A stretch of DNA of 64,000 nt from Geosiphon pyriformis uo1. Lineage: Eukaryota; Fungi; Glomeromycota. This document shows, piece after piece, positions 51,622 through 63,407 of the stretch. Location of the stretch: positions 184,984 to 248,983 of the forward strand of contig JAAOMT010000200.1 in assembly GCA_016748015.1 (NCBI GenBank), in the 5' to 3' direction. The position numbers and the translations under genes are program-made. Within the stretch, counting starts at the first letter, position 1. Every line of letters starts with the position of its first letter. The notes under the pieces were generated by a model. It was given only the letters and a program-made list of their open reading frames with translations, was not told the DNA's origin and ran no database searches.

Positions 51622-54123
51622 ATGACTTTTGCGAAAGATCCCCCGAAAACTCTCGAAGATACTCAATATGCCAAAAAAGCAAATCATTACATTGAAATTC
51701 TTAATAGCCTTCGTCGGCTTGGTGCTCATCATGCTGTCGATTTACCAACCGTGGTTTTTTGTGGAAATCAGTCAGCGGGAAAGAGTAGTTTACTCGAAGC
51801 AATTTCTGGGGTTCAGGTAATGTGAATTTAAGATTGAAAATCTTTTTTTATTGTTAATTCTTTAACGCTCAATTTTATGCTTTCTCGTAATATGGAACAA
51901 AAGCTTCCTCGATCAGAAGGTACCTGTACCCGTTGTGTCATGGAGATTCGATTAATTGAGTCGAGTTCTCCCTGGGAATGCCAAATCTCGCTTCGACAGG
52001 AATATGACGATATTACCGAACAGCAACTTCCACGCCCCCTAGAATATAAATTCGGTTCTATCATAAAATCTCCTTCTGAGGTTGAGATGATGGCTCGCCG
52101 AGCCCAAAAAGCTCTTTTAAATCCTAGCATGAATTATCAGCTTTATGTGAATTGGATTTTTAATAATAACAATATTAAAGATGCAGCTGAAAATCATATC
52201 AAATTCACCAAAAATGTTGTCTGCTTAGAGATTAAAGGGCCAAAAGTTCCAAATTTGAGTTTAATTGATTTGCCAGGGATTATACGTGAGTTTATTGGTC
52301 CTTCTCTTTGATTTTTGCTTTTAATAATTTTTTCGATATTAACCTTGCAATTATCTTTTTAAATCGATATATATATAGGGCATGTTGAACATTCACAGGA
52401 TGAGAAATTTATCAACTTAATTCAAGAAGTTGTGGAAGATTATATCCAAAAAGAAAAATCAATTATCATCGCTACTGTTACATGCAGAGATGAAATAGAA
52501 AATCAAGCAATTGTTGGAATGGCAAAAAAAGTTGATAAGGAGGGAATTCGGACCTTAGGTGTCCTTACTAAACCAGATACTATCGAACCTGGCGAAGACG
52601 AAATATGGGGGATGATAATAAGAGGGGAAGCCCATAGACTGCGTTTGGGCTATTATGTAGTTAAAAATCCTGCAAAACTAGAATTATCTAAAGGAATTAC
52701 ATTTGAGGAAGCAAGGAAATCGGAAGAAAAAGTAAGCGTCAAATTAAATCTATTCATATATATTTCATAATACTCATTGTTCCTATAAAGTTCTTTTCCA
52801 CGATACCTATGTGGAAAAACATGCACCTGAAAAATCGAATGGGTGTGGCTAATCTGCGTGGAAAACTGAGCGAATTATTGATTAAGGCAATCGAGCGTAA
52901 TTTGCCAGTCATTAAAAAAGAACTTGAAGAGAGGCTAGGAACAGTATGTAGTTATTATGAAGATCATTTATATTTGCTTTCCTTAATCTTGTTAATGTTC
53001 TTTTTTAAAACAGACTAAAGAAGCCTTGGAAAAATTGCCAGAACCTATAAGTGGAAATTCTCGGATTGAGTGTCAGAGAATGATCAAGAAATGTTCTGAT
53101 TTTATTGCAAATGAAACGGGATGCATGAACCAGCAAACCCCACTTTGGCGGGAATTTAATAAAGAATTTCGTCAATTTAAGATTGAAATCTGCTCGACAC
53201 GACCAGTTTTCCTAGTCGGGAGAGCCAGTGATAGATTTTCCCCCGAAAAATTTGACATTCTAGATGACTTTCTTAATAGCTCCCAAAGAGCTACCAAAAA
53301 GGAAAAAAAGATTGAAAAAATTGAAATTAAAGGGTATACAGAATTCACCGAGCTCGATATTCACTCTTCTATCGATGAAGCCAAAGGGAGGCTCCTGTCG
53401 GGGTTTATCCCTTACTCTTACGTAGTTAACAGGATTAACGAGTTCAATAAAAAATGGCGTAATCCTGCACAAGCTTGCCTACAAAAAATTAATATTCTCA
53501 TGTGGAAATTCATTGAGAAAGCCATCCAAGACACTTTCTGCCGCTTTCCTGGTCTTTGCACGTTAATGAGGCAAGGTTTATGAATTAAACTTTAAATTTT
53601 TAATATTGATTCTGTCAAATCTTCAAATCTAACCAATTTTGGTTTTTTGAATAGCAATAAGGCAGGAATTTTGTTGGAGCAATGCAAGACAGAAACCGCT
53701 AATAGAATAGAATTTCTTTTTCAAATCGAGATTGGGTACCCTTTTACCCTTGATGAGGTATCTATCATTGAAGCGAAGGCTAAATATATGACGAAACTTC
53801 ACGAGGCGGTTCGTCGTGATGGCAAGACTCCAACTGATACACTGGAGGTTATTGCCTCAATAATGGCATATTTTTCACTTTCGTTCAAACGATTCACCGA
53901 CAATGCTGCTATGATAATTATTCATTCCATTATTGACGAGTACGCGCATTTGATTGAGGAAAAATTAATGACACCATTATTAGACCCTCAAGATCCAAAA
54001 GAAGTAAATCTCGATGAGCTGTTAGGAGAAGACCCGTCAATTGCTCAAGAAAGAGAATTATTGCTTCAGCGAGAAAAGCATCTCCAAGAGCTGCTAACAG
54101 ACCTAAGGCGATCCGGTGTTTAA
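51622..54123 (+). CDS. Mx-like dynamin-superfamily GTPase, ~702 aa, 6 exons
   Basis: Exons 51622-51816, 51904-52285, 52379-52731, 52791-52943, 53014-53570, 53655-54123. G1 GNQSAGKSS, LPRSEGTCTRC, DLPG, RTLGVLTKPD (TKPD as in Mx, not TKLD as in Dnm1/Vps1), LRLGYYVVKN, C-terminal GED; no PH/PRD. Confidence 0.93.
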
Positions 54124-54529
54124 GATTTAGTATTTTTCTCATGATCAAAAGATCAAAATTTGAAAGCAAATGTATAAGAATTGGAAGTTGAGCATATTTT
54201 TTACTTAGTGAATCCCCTGATATTTCTCTGTTAAACTACTTTAAAATTATTTTGATTCTTGAAGAAATTTAGTTTGAATACGACCACGGATAACCCTTTT
54301 AGAGCAATCAAGCTCTCTAAGTTGATAAAGCTTTCTAAGTTGATAAAGCTTATTCCCCTACACTGAATTGCTTTTTAGATTTTTCCAAAATCTTGCACTT
54401 GTATACTTAAAATTAGGGGTTTTTTCATAAAAATTTCATTTCTATATAATTTAATAAATTTTTTTTAAATCAATAAAGACAGTCTGTTATAAAATTATGG
54501 TGAGAAATCAAATGTGTGTAAGTTATATT

Positions 54530-54827
54530 TAACAGACTGCGAGCAAAATCAGAGATAATAATCTATGCAAAAGATCAAGATCAAGTTAGTTCAAACCAGC
54601 AATATGCACATGGTCGTATTTTTGTTTTCGCCAGCATCTAATCCATAAGACACGGGAGCACCCATGGCCTCAAGTAGTTACTTATGCAGGGGATATATAC
54701 AAGCAAAACTTGTGAATTCTGCGGTTACATTCATTACAATCTAGGTGGATCCAAAGTATTCCGCTGTTCCCTATACAAAATAAAGCTTGATAGGAATATT
54801 AATGGTGCTAATAACAATATTACATAA
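54530..54827 (+). pseudogene. TnpB/Fanzor2-like (IS607-type) RNA-guided nuclease C-terminal relic
   Basis: AICTWSYFCFRQHLIHKTREHPWPQVVTYAGD[frameshift ~54695]YTSKTCEFCGYIHYNLGGSKVFRCSLYKIKLDRNINGANN: the TnpB W..Y.F...L..K helix, YTS.TC..CG zinc ribbon and DRD.NGA.NI RuvC-III motif (D>N, last Cys>Tyr). Confidence 0.85.
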
Positions 54828-56554
54828 TGATATATGGAATTTAATTAGGAATGTGTAGGTTATAATGTAAGTGTATCATATTTTATCAAATAAATAATTA
54901 AATATAGCTTAAATAATTTTCATTAGGAACATCATTTATGTCATAAATATTTTTTAATGCTTGTATTTTTTCTGATTTTTTCGAAAAACGTAAATTTCAG
55001 CCGATAACTTTGAATTATAAAAACACGCGTGACTATCACGAAAAAATGAGTGAAAAATATAAATTTATAAAAAAAAACATTGAGATCCTTTTTTATTTTA
55101 TATTTTTAATAATAAATATATAAAACCAGTATATATAAAAACAGAAAAAATAATGGCTATTTTTAAAATTGTTTTATTTGACTGATAGCTTTATTAAAAG
55201 CATTTTAAGATATTATTTTATTATCATAAATTATAAGAAAAAAAAGAAAAAAAAACATTTGATTATAAGGGCTAGTTTTTTTTATTAAATTAATGATTTT
55301 TTCAAGAAACTCAAAATTACTTATTTTATCAGTTTTACCAATATTAAATTCCAAATTAGTCTTCTTTTACAGGTTCCTAGTATTAAAGAGTTTTCATTAT
55401 GCTAACTTTCATAAAAATATAAAAAGCACAATTAGCATAAATTTCTTTTGGATCGATTTGTGGTTGGGACCATTTTGTATTCTCTATTATGACAGTAATT
55501 GCTTCATCTAAAATCAAATGAAAAAATTGCTTTTGCATAAATTTATTTGGGATATTTGTTGATGCTTTCTCATTTTAACACTTTTGAATCTTTGATTTGA
55601 GATTTAATTCAATTGTGCCAAATCCATCTATAATAAAGTGTTTTGAACTTTTTTGTTTACTATATTTGCAAAGTGGTTTGAGTACTTATTTATCATCTTT
55701 TTCAAACCTGTTAATGCTTGAATTGCGTCAACATATCAAGAATCAGAGCTTGTAATCTTGAAAATATAGAATTTCTTTATATTTAATTCTATATCATTCT
55801 ACTTTTGATTATATTTTTTTTCTGATCATTTATAAATATTATATCTTCCAGAAGTTTATATATTCGTTGCAACTGGCACTAGTTATTGCTAGCAGCTAAA
55901 TATATCAACTCAAGAATAAGCAAGACAATACATAATAAAGAAGAGAACGAGAAGAGTAAAGATATAAATACCAATTAGATAATAGGAACAAATTTTAAAA
56001 AAAAGTAAATGATTTGATTTTCAACTTTAAACAAAAATTATTTTTTTAATCAAGTAATAAATTACTTTAATGTTAAGAAAGCAAAAAAATATAGCAGCAG
56101 TTATAAAAACAATGAAATCTGTTACTAGAGATGAGAATTGTCATAACTATATATTTTAAAACTAACATAAAAATAAAATCAAAATAATTGAGCTCAAAAG
56201 GAATAAGATTTATTTAATAGAGCTGGTTAGTATTAACATCAAGTAATGTATTATATAAATCGATATCTTGGTCTGAAAATTAGAAATTTATAAATATAAT
56301 ATTACAAATTATTAAAGCCACTATTTTTATTTACAACAAGCTTTCTTTCAAACTCCTTAAAGTTCTTAATCATCTTTGAATTATTTTAAATAGCTTTTTT
56401 TTTACAATAATATATAAATATTTCATAATATACATATATAATTTATTTATATACAAGACATATGTAGATAAAATTCAGACTTAACAATTATAACTTTTAC
56501 ATATACTATTTAATCATCAAAAATAGAAAATACCATGCAAATATATTATTTATG

Positions 56555-56850
56555 TTTATTAGTTGGTCATTAAAAGCAATTCTATTTCAATCTCAAAAAC
56601 ATAAAAAAATATACTTTATTTAACTATTAGGAATATATAATTCTATTCCAGTTTTGAAAACATAAAATATATACTTTATTTAGTTATTAAAAATAATTTT
56701 ATTCAGAATATAAATATATATTCTATTTGACTATTAAGAATAATCTTATTTCAATCTTGAAAATATAAAAATAATTTTAGTTCCAATTTCAAGAGAATAA
56801 AAAAACATTTTTTATTCGATTATTAAGAATAATTTTATTTCATTCTTAAA
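56555..56850. repeat. Degenerate ~55-60-bp tandem repeat
   Basis: About five to six units resembling TTTATTTGACTATTAAGAATAATTCTATTCCAATCTTGAAAACATAAAA. Confidence 0.7.
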
Positions 56851-57663
56851 AAAATACAAGACACCAATATTCACATATATACTATCTGATTATAATTATA
56901 GTCTGTAATATTGTTATTATTATATAATATTATTAACTCATATTATAGCTAACTATAAAAGATTTTTACTAAAAATTTTATTAAATATCATTTAATTTTG
57001 TCAAAAATGCATTAAATTTCTTATTTTATTGCTGGTTTTAATTTCTTATATGGTTTTAATGATTGATCTAAAATATTACTATTGTAAAAATAATAACTTT
57101 TAATAGTACTTTTAATATAAATTTTAAACAGTATCTTTAATAAGCATAATTTATAATAATAATTAAAAAGTGAAAATTTTGAAAATTTTGAAACTTTGAA
57201 GAAAAAAATATATAAAAAACAAAAAAACAAAAACAAATAGAATATTATATGATTATATTATAAATAAAAATTCGATTTTGTTTTATAGTACAAAATAATA
57301 TTATATAAGCAACTTTTAATTATTACAGTTTTATAATCTACAATTTTAAATTTTAAAAGTAGTAAATTTAAATACTATTTGTAAATATTTATTTATTTTA
57401 AAAATATTATTTATAATGAGAACTAAGATTAAATACAATAAAAATATCGAAATCATTTTTTTATTAGTTAAAATAGAACTACAAAAAAATTTAATAAAGA
57501 TATTAATACAATTAAACTTTTAAACTATTAATTAATTTTAATAAAAATACATTATTTAAAAAAAAGTTTTTTTTTATAAATTTTAAGTGTATTATTTTAA
57601 CAAATTTCTTTATAAATTTTGGTAAATTATTCATATTTTGACAAATTTAGTATTATTATATAG

Positions 57664-58184
57664 TAAAAAAACTCTTTTTCTCTCTTTAATTTATAATTAC
57701 AATTAGAATAAAAAGTAAAAAAGCCTTAAACATTAATTTTTCTATAATAATTAATAAAGTTTCAATAAAAAAAAGTTTTGTTATTATTAAAACTGCTAAA
57801 CAAAATATTCTAACAACATTTTTTTTAAATATTAATAGTAAAAAACTGTTTTTAGTAACTTTTAAAACATTTTTTATCTTTGACTAATGGTTTTTTTCAG
57901 TTAAAATTTCTTTTAAAAAACACATTTAAATCAGTTTTAATGTTGTTTTTATTTTTTTTAAAAGTCTAAAAATTTTTAATAATAAACCAGTTAATAAGCT
58001 AGTTTTTTCTGTTTTTATTATTAATATTACTACTACTACTTTGCAAATAATCAAAAAGATCAAAAAATTCAGATTGGCTGTTAACAAAATTGTAAACTTT
58101 GTGTATAATTTTAAAATAACTTATTAAGATAAAATTTAACTGGTTTATTCTAAATATAAAGTAATTATTAAAAAAATGGTTTAA
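57664..58184 (+). pseudogene. Older, heavily AT-converted copy of the 5' part of the ORF1-only element
   Basis: KTAKQNIL...SVKISFKKHI*ISFNV...KSLKIFNNKPVNKLVF aligns with KTIRQNIL...SVKVSSKRYTWVSPNV...KSPKVFNNRPVNKLVF of 60067-60465. Confidence 0.8.
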
Positions 58185-58199
58185 TATCTTGTAATAATT

Positions 58200-60495
58200 T
58201 TTTTTATTTTTTTATTTGCTTAACAAGTACAGCCCAAAAACAATCTAGTACTATACACCAAAGAAATAATCTAAATTAGATATTAATTATGTACTTTTTA
58301 CACGTGACTAGTCATTCGGACTAATTAAGGACACACTACGCTGAAACAATAGAAGGTGGGAATAATCCCAATCCACAAATTTTTTCAATAACACCATTCA
58401 GATTCCTAGAATTAAAAATAAACTCACTAAGAAATAATCTAGTAGATTCAACACTATTCTTAACCTCAACACCCAACATCCACCACAAAGCTATAACATG
58501 CTCAATAGTATCTTCACTTAAGAGAGAAGATTTGGCAGCCTGCATATCATTATAATCCATGCCACCAAAGTCAAATTCAGATCTAAGACAAGCAATGTCC
58601 TTAGACACACCAACCAAAAGATTGGCAAAATTGTTAGAAGCATATTTCATAGAAAAGAGATTTTTTTCAATCTGAACAGCTTTAACAGTATTATCATCAA
58701 AAAGATGAGATACCAAGACAACCAAAGAGCCAATAGGCTCAACAATAGATTTTACTAAAGCAGCCAAATCCGAAATTTGCTTTTCCAAAGAATCCAATCT
58801 GGACCCAACAACAGGATCAACAATAGCCACAGAAGGGGCGAAAGTCACCAAAGGAGGAAATTCAGACATAACAGGAGGAGTAAATGCCTTAACATAAGAC
58901 AAAGAACCAACAAAACGTAGTTTGAACACCTTGGAAGTCTTAAAAAAGGGAAATGAAGCAACTTTACAGTCTACAGCCAAGTGACCTATTTTTTGACACC
59001 AAAAACAACGCCGATAATTAGGAGTCTTCTACCAGATATGACACTTTCTAAGTGTACCAGTTTTGGTAATAGCAAAATCCAAATCAGCTTGAGAGCCAAA
59101 TGTAACTAAAGTGAAGCAAAGATGACGACCAGAATTAGGAAACCAAGGAATGAAACAAGTCTGGCCACCAACCTGAGAAATCATATCACTGATTTCAAAG
59201 ACAGTACAGCCAGAAGAAAAATTGACCAACTTGGCCTTAAATCTATCATGAGACAAAATAGTCTTATTTTGATTCACCAAGAAAAGAATTCTAACACTAT
59301 CCTTGCCCACCAATACTGACTAATAATTCAAAGCAGATATGGCAGAATCCAATTTCTCAAAATGAATCACCACATATTGCCAAATGCCAACAAGCTTCAG
59401 CACAACACAAGTAATTATACCAAAAACACTAAGAACTGTCTTAATGTTAGCAGCAGACACACCCAAAAGCACATTACACAATGCAACAGCAGCAGAAAAA
59501 AAACCAGACTCAAGAACCACCAAAGACTTGGCAATTTTGAGGGTGGCCAAATATACAGAGCTTATAAACTCAACCAAAAATGCAGCTTCTAAAGACACTT
59601 GAGAAGCAAACTCCACACAAAACAGTTTCACATTGTCCTTTGATACTGACTTTGCATCCAGAAAACCATGTACTGACTGAAAAACAGTCTTAACATGAGC
59701 CAATTTGATCTTAAAAGTAGCACCAGGCACCAGAGTAGAGGTCACTCATCCAGCAAATCTTTGACAATTAGTAATAATTTTCCAAGCACCACCAGAAATA
59801 GCACCAAAAACTAGAGAAAGAGATGATTCAGTTTCTATTTGATCAGCCCAGTTCCCAAAAACAGGTGACCCAACAGGAGAAGATTGCTTTGCTTCTAAAA
59901 CTGGTAATAATCTGCCAGAAGACACCACATTTGGCAACACAACCAGTGGTTGATCTTGGCCCATCTTGAATAACATACCAGATAATGCTATAAAGATCTC
60001 ATTTAAGATTTCATTGGGAATGACAAAGGGGTTTGGTGTAACAATAGCAGAAGCAAGTAATTGTCCTCACTTTTTTGAACTTTTGGTTTTTTTGACCATT
60101 TTTTTTGAAGAAATAGTACTAAAAGGACCAGGTGTTGAATCTATAAAGGGGAAAACCAGCTTATTTACTGGTCTATTATTAAAAACTTTAGGGCTCTTAG
60201 TCAGGGTAAAGGCAACATTGGGACTAACCCAAGTGTATCTCTTTGAGGAAACTTTGACTGATGAGAAACCAGCCAAAGATGAAAAAGTTGCTTTAGTGGT
60301 CACCAAAGGCAGCTTATCATAATTACTGGGTAAAGGGAAAGCTTCTAAAATATTTTGTCTAATTGTTTTTACAACAGAAAAAGCTCCTTTGGTTGAAATT
60401 TTATTAGATATCTCAGAACAGATATCAGGTGCAGCTTTTTTACTCTTTGCTTTGGTCATGATCATAAAATTAAGGAGACAAAGAATCAATTTCCT
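58200..60495 (-). mobile_element. ORF1-only non-LTR retrotransposon (HAL1-like) with poly(A) tail and 15-bp TSD
   Basis: TSD TAT(C/T)TTGTAATAATT at 58185-58199 and 60496-60510; AATAAA + A-tail at ~58198-58217 (minus); one ORF; no RT or endonuclease. Confidence 0.85.
58336..60465 (-). pseudogene. LINE ORF1 (Gag-like) protein: RRM-like segments, CCHC knuckle, coiled coil; 710 codons
   Basis: Five ORF-track pieces in one frame, separated only by four TGA/TAG stops consistent with TGG mutation. FCVEFASQ, QYVVIHFE, FTLVTFGSQ; CFWCQKIGHLAVDC (58966-59007); RLDSLEKQISDLAALVKSI. Confidence 0.85.
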
Positions 60496-60510
60496 TATTT
60501 TGTAATAATT

Positions 60511-63280
60511 CTAAAATTTTTGTTATTATTAATCTGTTATTTTTATTTTCTAGTAATATTGTAAAGATATTTAAAATTACTAAAGTTTTTGGTATTAATT
60601 TTAAAATATATAGTCTGTGTTTTTTTTAGGTATTGGTAATATAATTACTATTTGTATAAATATATAATCTTATCTTAATTAACTTAAATAGCTGATTATA
60701 TATAAAAAATACATAATTTATATTTAATTTAAATTATATTATATTAGATAATATTTAAATTTTATTTGTAAAAAAAATAAAAATATATATATAATTTTTA
60801 TATTTTAGAATCAAAAAATTTTTATACAAATTTTTATAATAAATATTTAAAGTTTAATTATTTTTTTAATTATTTTTTTAGATTTTATATATTATATCTT
60901 ATTTATATTATTATAATTGAATTTATTATATTAATTATTATTACTATCTATATTAATTATTTTATTTTTAAATTAAATATTAACTTAATTATTAATTAAA
61001 TTATCAATTAAATTATTAATCTAATTATTAATTTTTTTTATAAATTAATAAATTAGTAAAAAATTTAATTAAAAATTCTATAAAATATTAGTCAAAATTA
61101 GCAATAAAAAAATAAAACTTGTTTATTTTATTAGTTTTATTTATATATTAAACAATAAAAAACAATTATATAATTAATAAAATTTTTTTGTTATACATAT
61201 TTTAAAAAAAATAAGTTAATAAAAACTTTAAAAAATAAAAAAAATATTAATTAATAATATTAAAATATTATAAAAACAAAAAAAAAGCATAAAACAAATT
61301 ATTAAATAAATTAATTAAAATAAAGTCTTATTATATTATATTAAAAAAACAATAAAGTAAAATTTAATTTTAAATAAAACAGGCTATTTTATAATTATCA
61401 AATATTTGAAAATAAAATATATAAATTATTATTAGAAAATAAAATTTAAAATAATTTAATTAATCTTAATAGTTAAAATTTTTAAAATATTACAAATTTT
61501 TAAGTTTAATTTAAAAATAATTATAAATAATAAAAATTTAATATAAAAACACACAATTATTTAAAATAATATATAATATATATAAAAATAGAAAAAACTA
61601 AAATAATTATTTAATTATTTAATAAAAAAATATATTAATAAATTTATAAAAAAATTGAAAAATATTTTTTAATAATTTATAGGTATTATTATATTAAAAA
61701 ACAATTAAACATTTAAACTAAATTTTAAACAAAATTATTTTATATTTAATTTAATAATTTATTAAAAAACAACTTAAAATTATATTATAATATTAAAACT
61801 TCTTTTTTTTGTATATTTTAAATTTTTTAAAAAGTTTATTTTAATAAAAAGTTTTTTTTTATTATATTTTTGTTCTGTTTTTGTTTTTATATTTACAATT
61901 TTATAAATAAATAAATCTTTTATAGTAAAATTAACAGTTATTTTTAACAATAATATAATCAAAAAAAAGTACTTAAAAGTATTTTTTATTATTTAGCAGA
62001 TAGTATTTTTTTTTAAAAAAAAATGTTTTTGTTAATAATATAAAACACTTAAATAATAATAAAAATTAGTCTTTAATTAAGTCTTTAAATAATAATAGTA
62101 TGTTTTTTAATACAGAGAAGTTAAATAACAAAAATAATAGTGCTTTCTTAGCTGATAGTTATAAATTTAATAATAAAGCAAAGATTTTTTGAATTTTACT
62201 TTGAATATTTTTAATACTAAGTAAATTAATATTAATATAATAAATGATATTTTTTTTGAATCTTTTAATTTTAATATTAATAACAAAAAAATGGTTTTTT
62301 TTCTTAATATTTTTTTGATTAATTTAAAAATTATAAAAACATTTGTAAAAATCTTCATAAAAAAATTATATATTTTGAATATTAATTTTTTAGTAATTAA
62401 AAATAAGTTAGCTACAACAAAAATAAAAATTATTAAGAAAATTTTTTTATTAATTAATAGATTTAAAAAAGCTACTTAATATTTTAATATTTGGTTTAAT
62501 TTAATTTAAATTCAATTAAACTATTAAATTAAACTAAAATTTTAGCTAAATTTAAACTTAAACTTGAATTTGAATTTAAAATAAACTTAAAATCACTAAA
62601 CTTGAATAAATTAAGTTTAAAGTTTATAAATATGTTTAGATTTGACTATTAAAAATAATATTATATTATTAATCAATTTTTTTTTTAATAATTTTTGTAT
62701 TTATAATTAAAAATATTGTATTGTTTTTATAATTTTAGACACTAAACAAAATTTTATATCTGTAACTATATTTTTATTTGTAAAAAAAATATATAAAACA
62801 AAAAAATTGTGTTTAATGTACTTAAATATTGAATTTTTATTAAAAATAATAATTTAAATAAATATTTTTTGCAATATATTTTTATTATATTATTATATCT
62901 ATTTTTTTATTAGTTATTTTTTTAAAAATATAATAATTAATTTTATCAAGTTTATTATTATTATTATTATCAAAGTTTATTTTTAATATAAACTATATAA
63001 CTAATATTATAATATTATTAAAAGTGTTATTTAATAAAAAACTATTATTTAATATAAGTATAATAGTTAATATATACTTTATTTTAAAAAAAGTATATAT
63101 TTTAAAAATTTATTTATGTTATTTTTTGTTATAATATATATTATTTAATAAAAAGCTTTTAAATAATATTATAAAAATTTGATAATACTTGTAATTTTAC
63201 AAAAAAATAGTTTATACACATATTTTGAAACTATATATATAATAAAACCTTCTTTTTTTCCTATGTTTCAAATTCCTGAA
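60511..63280. mobile_element. Extremely AT-rich decayed repeat DNA
   Basis: Very low G+C, no credible ORFs, flanked by transposons; identity not recoverable by eye. Confidence 0.45.
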
Positions 63281-63407
63281 ATAGTGTATTTTTAAAGAAG
63301 TTTTTGTTTTTTCATCTGTTTTTATCTTTTACTTTTGCTTAATTTTCACAATTTTTTAATTCACAAATCTTTTCATTGTCCCTTTAGCATCTGATGCTGT
63401 CAACATT

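Noticed and set aside
55440-55975. Possible decayed gene on the minus strand with a hydrophobic N-terminal stretch
   Set aside because: Fragmented frames and no recognisable motif; cannot assign.
56555-56850. CRISPR-like array (also considered for 42444-42720 and the LTR repeats)
   Set aside because: Degenerate head-to-tail units with no unique spacers, no cas genes, eukaryotic context.
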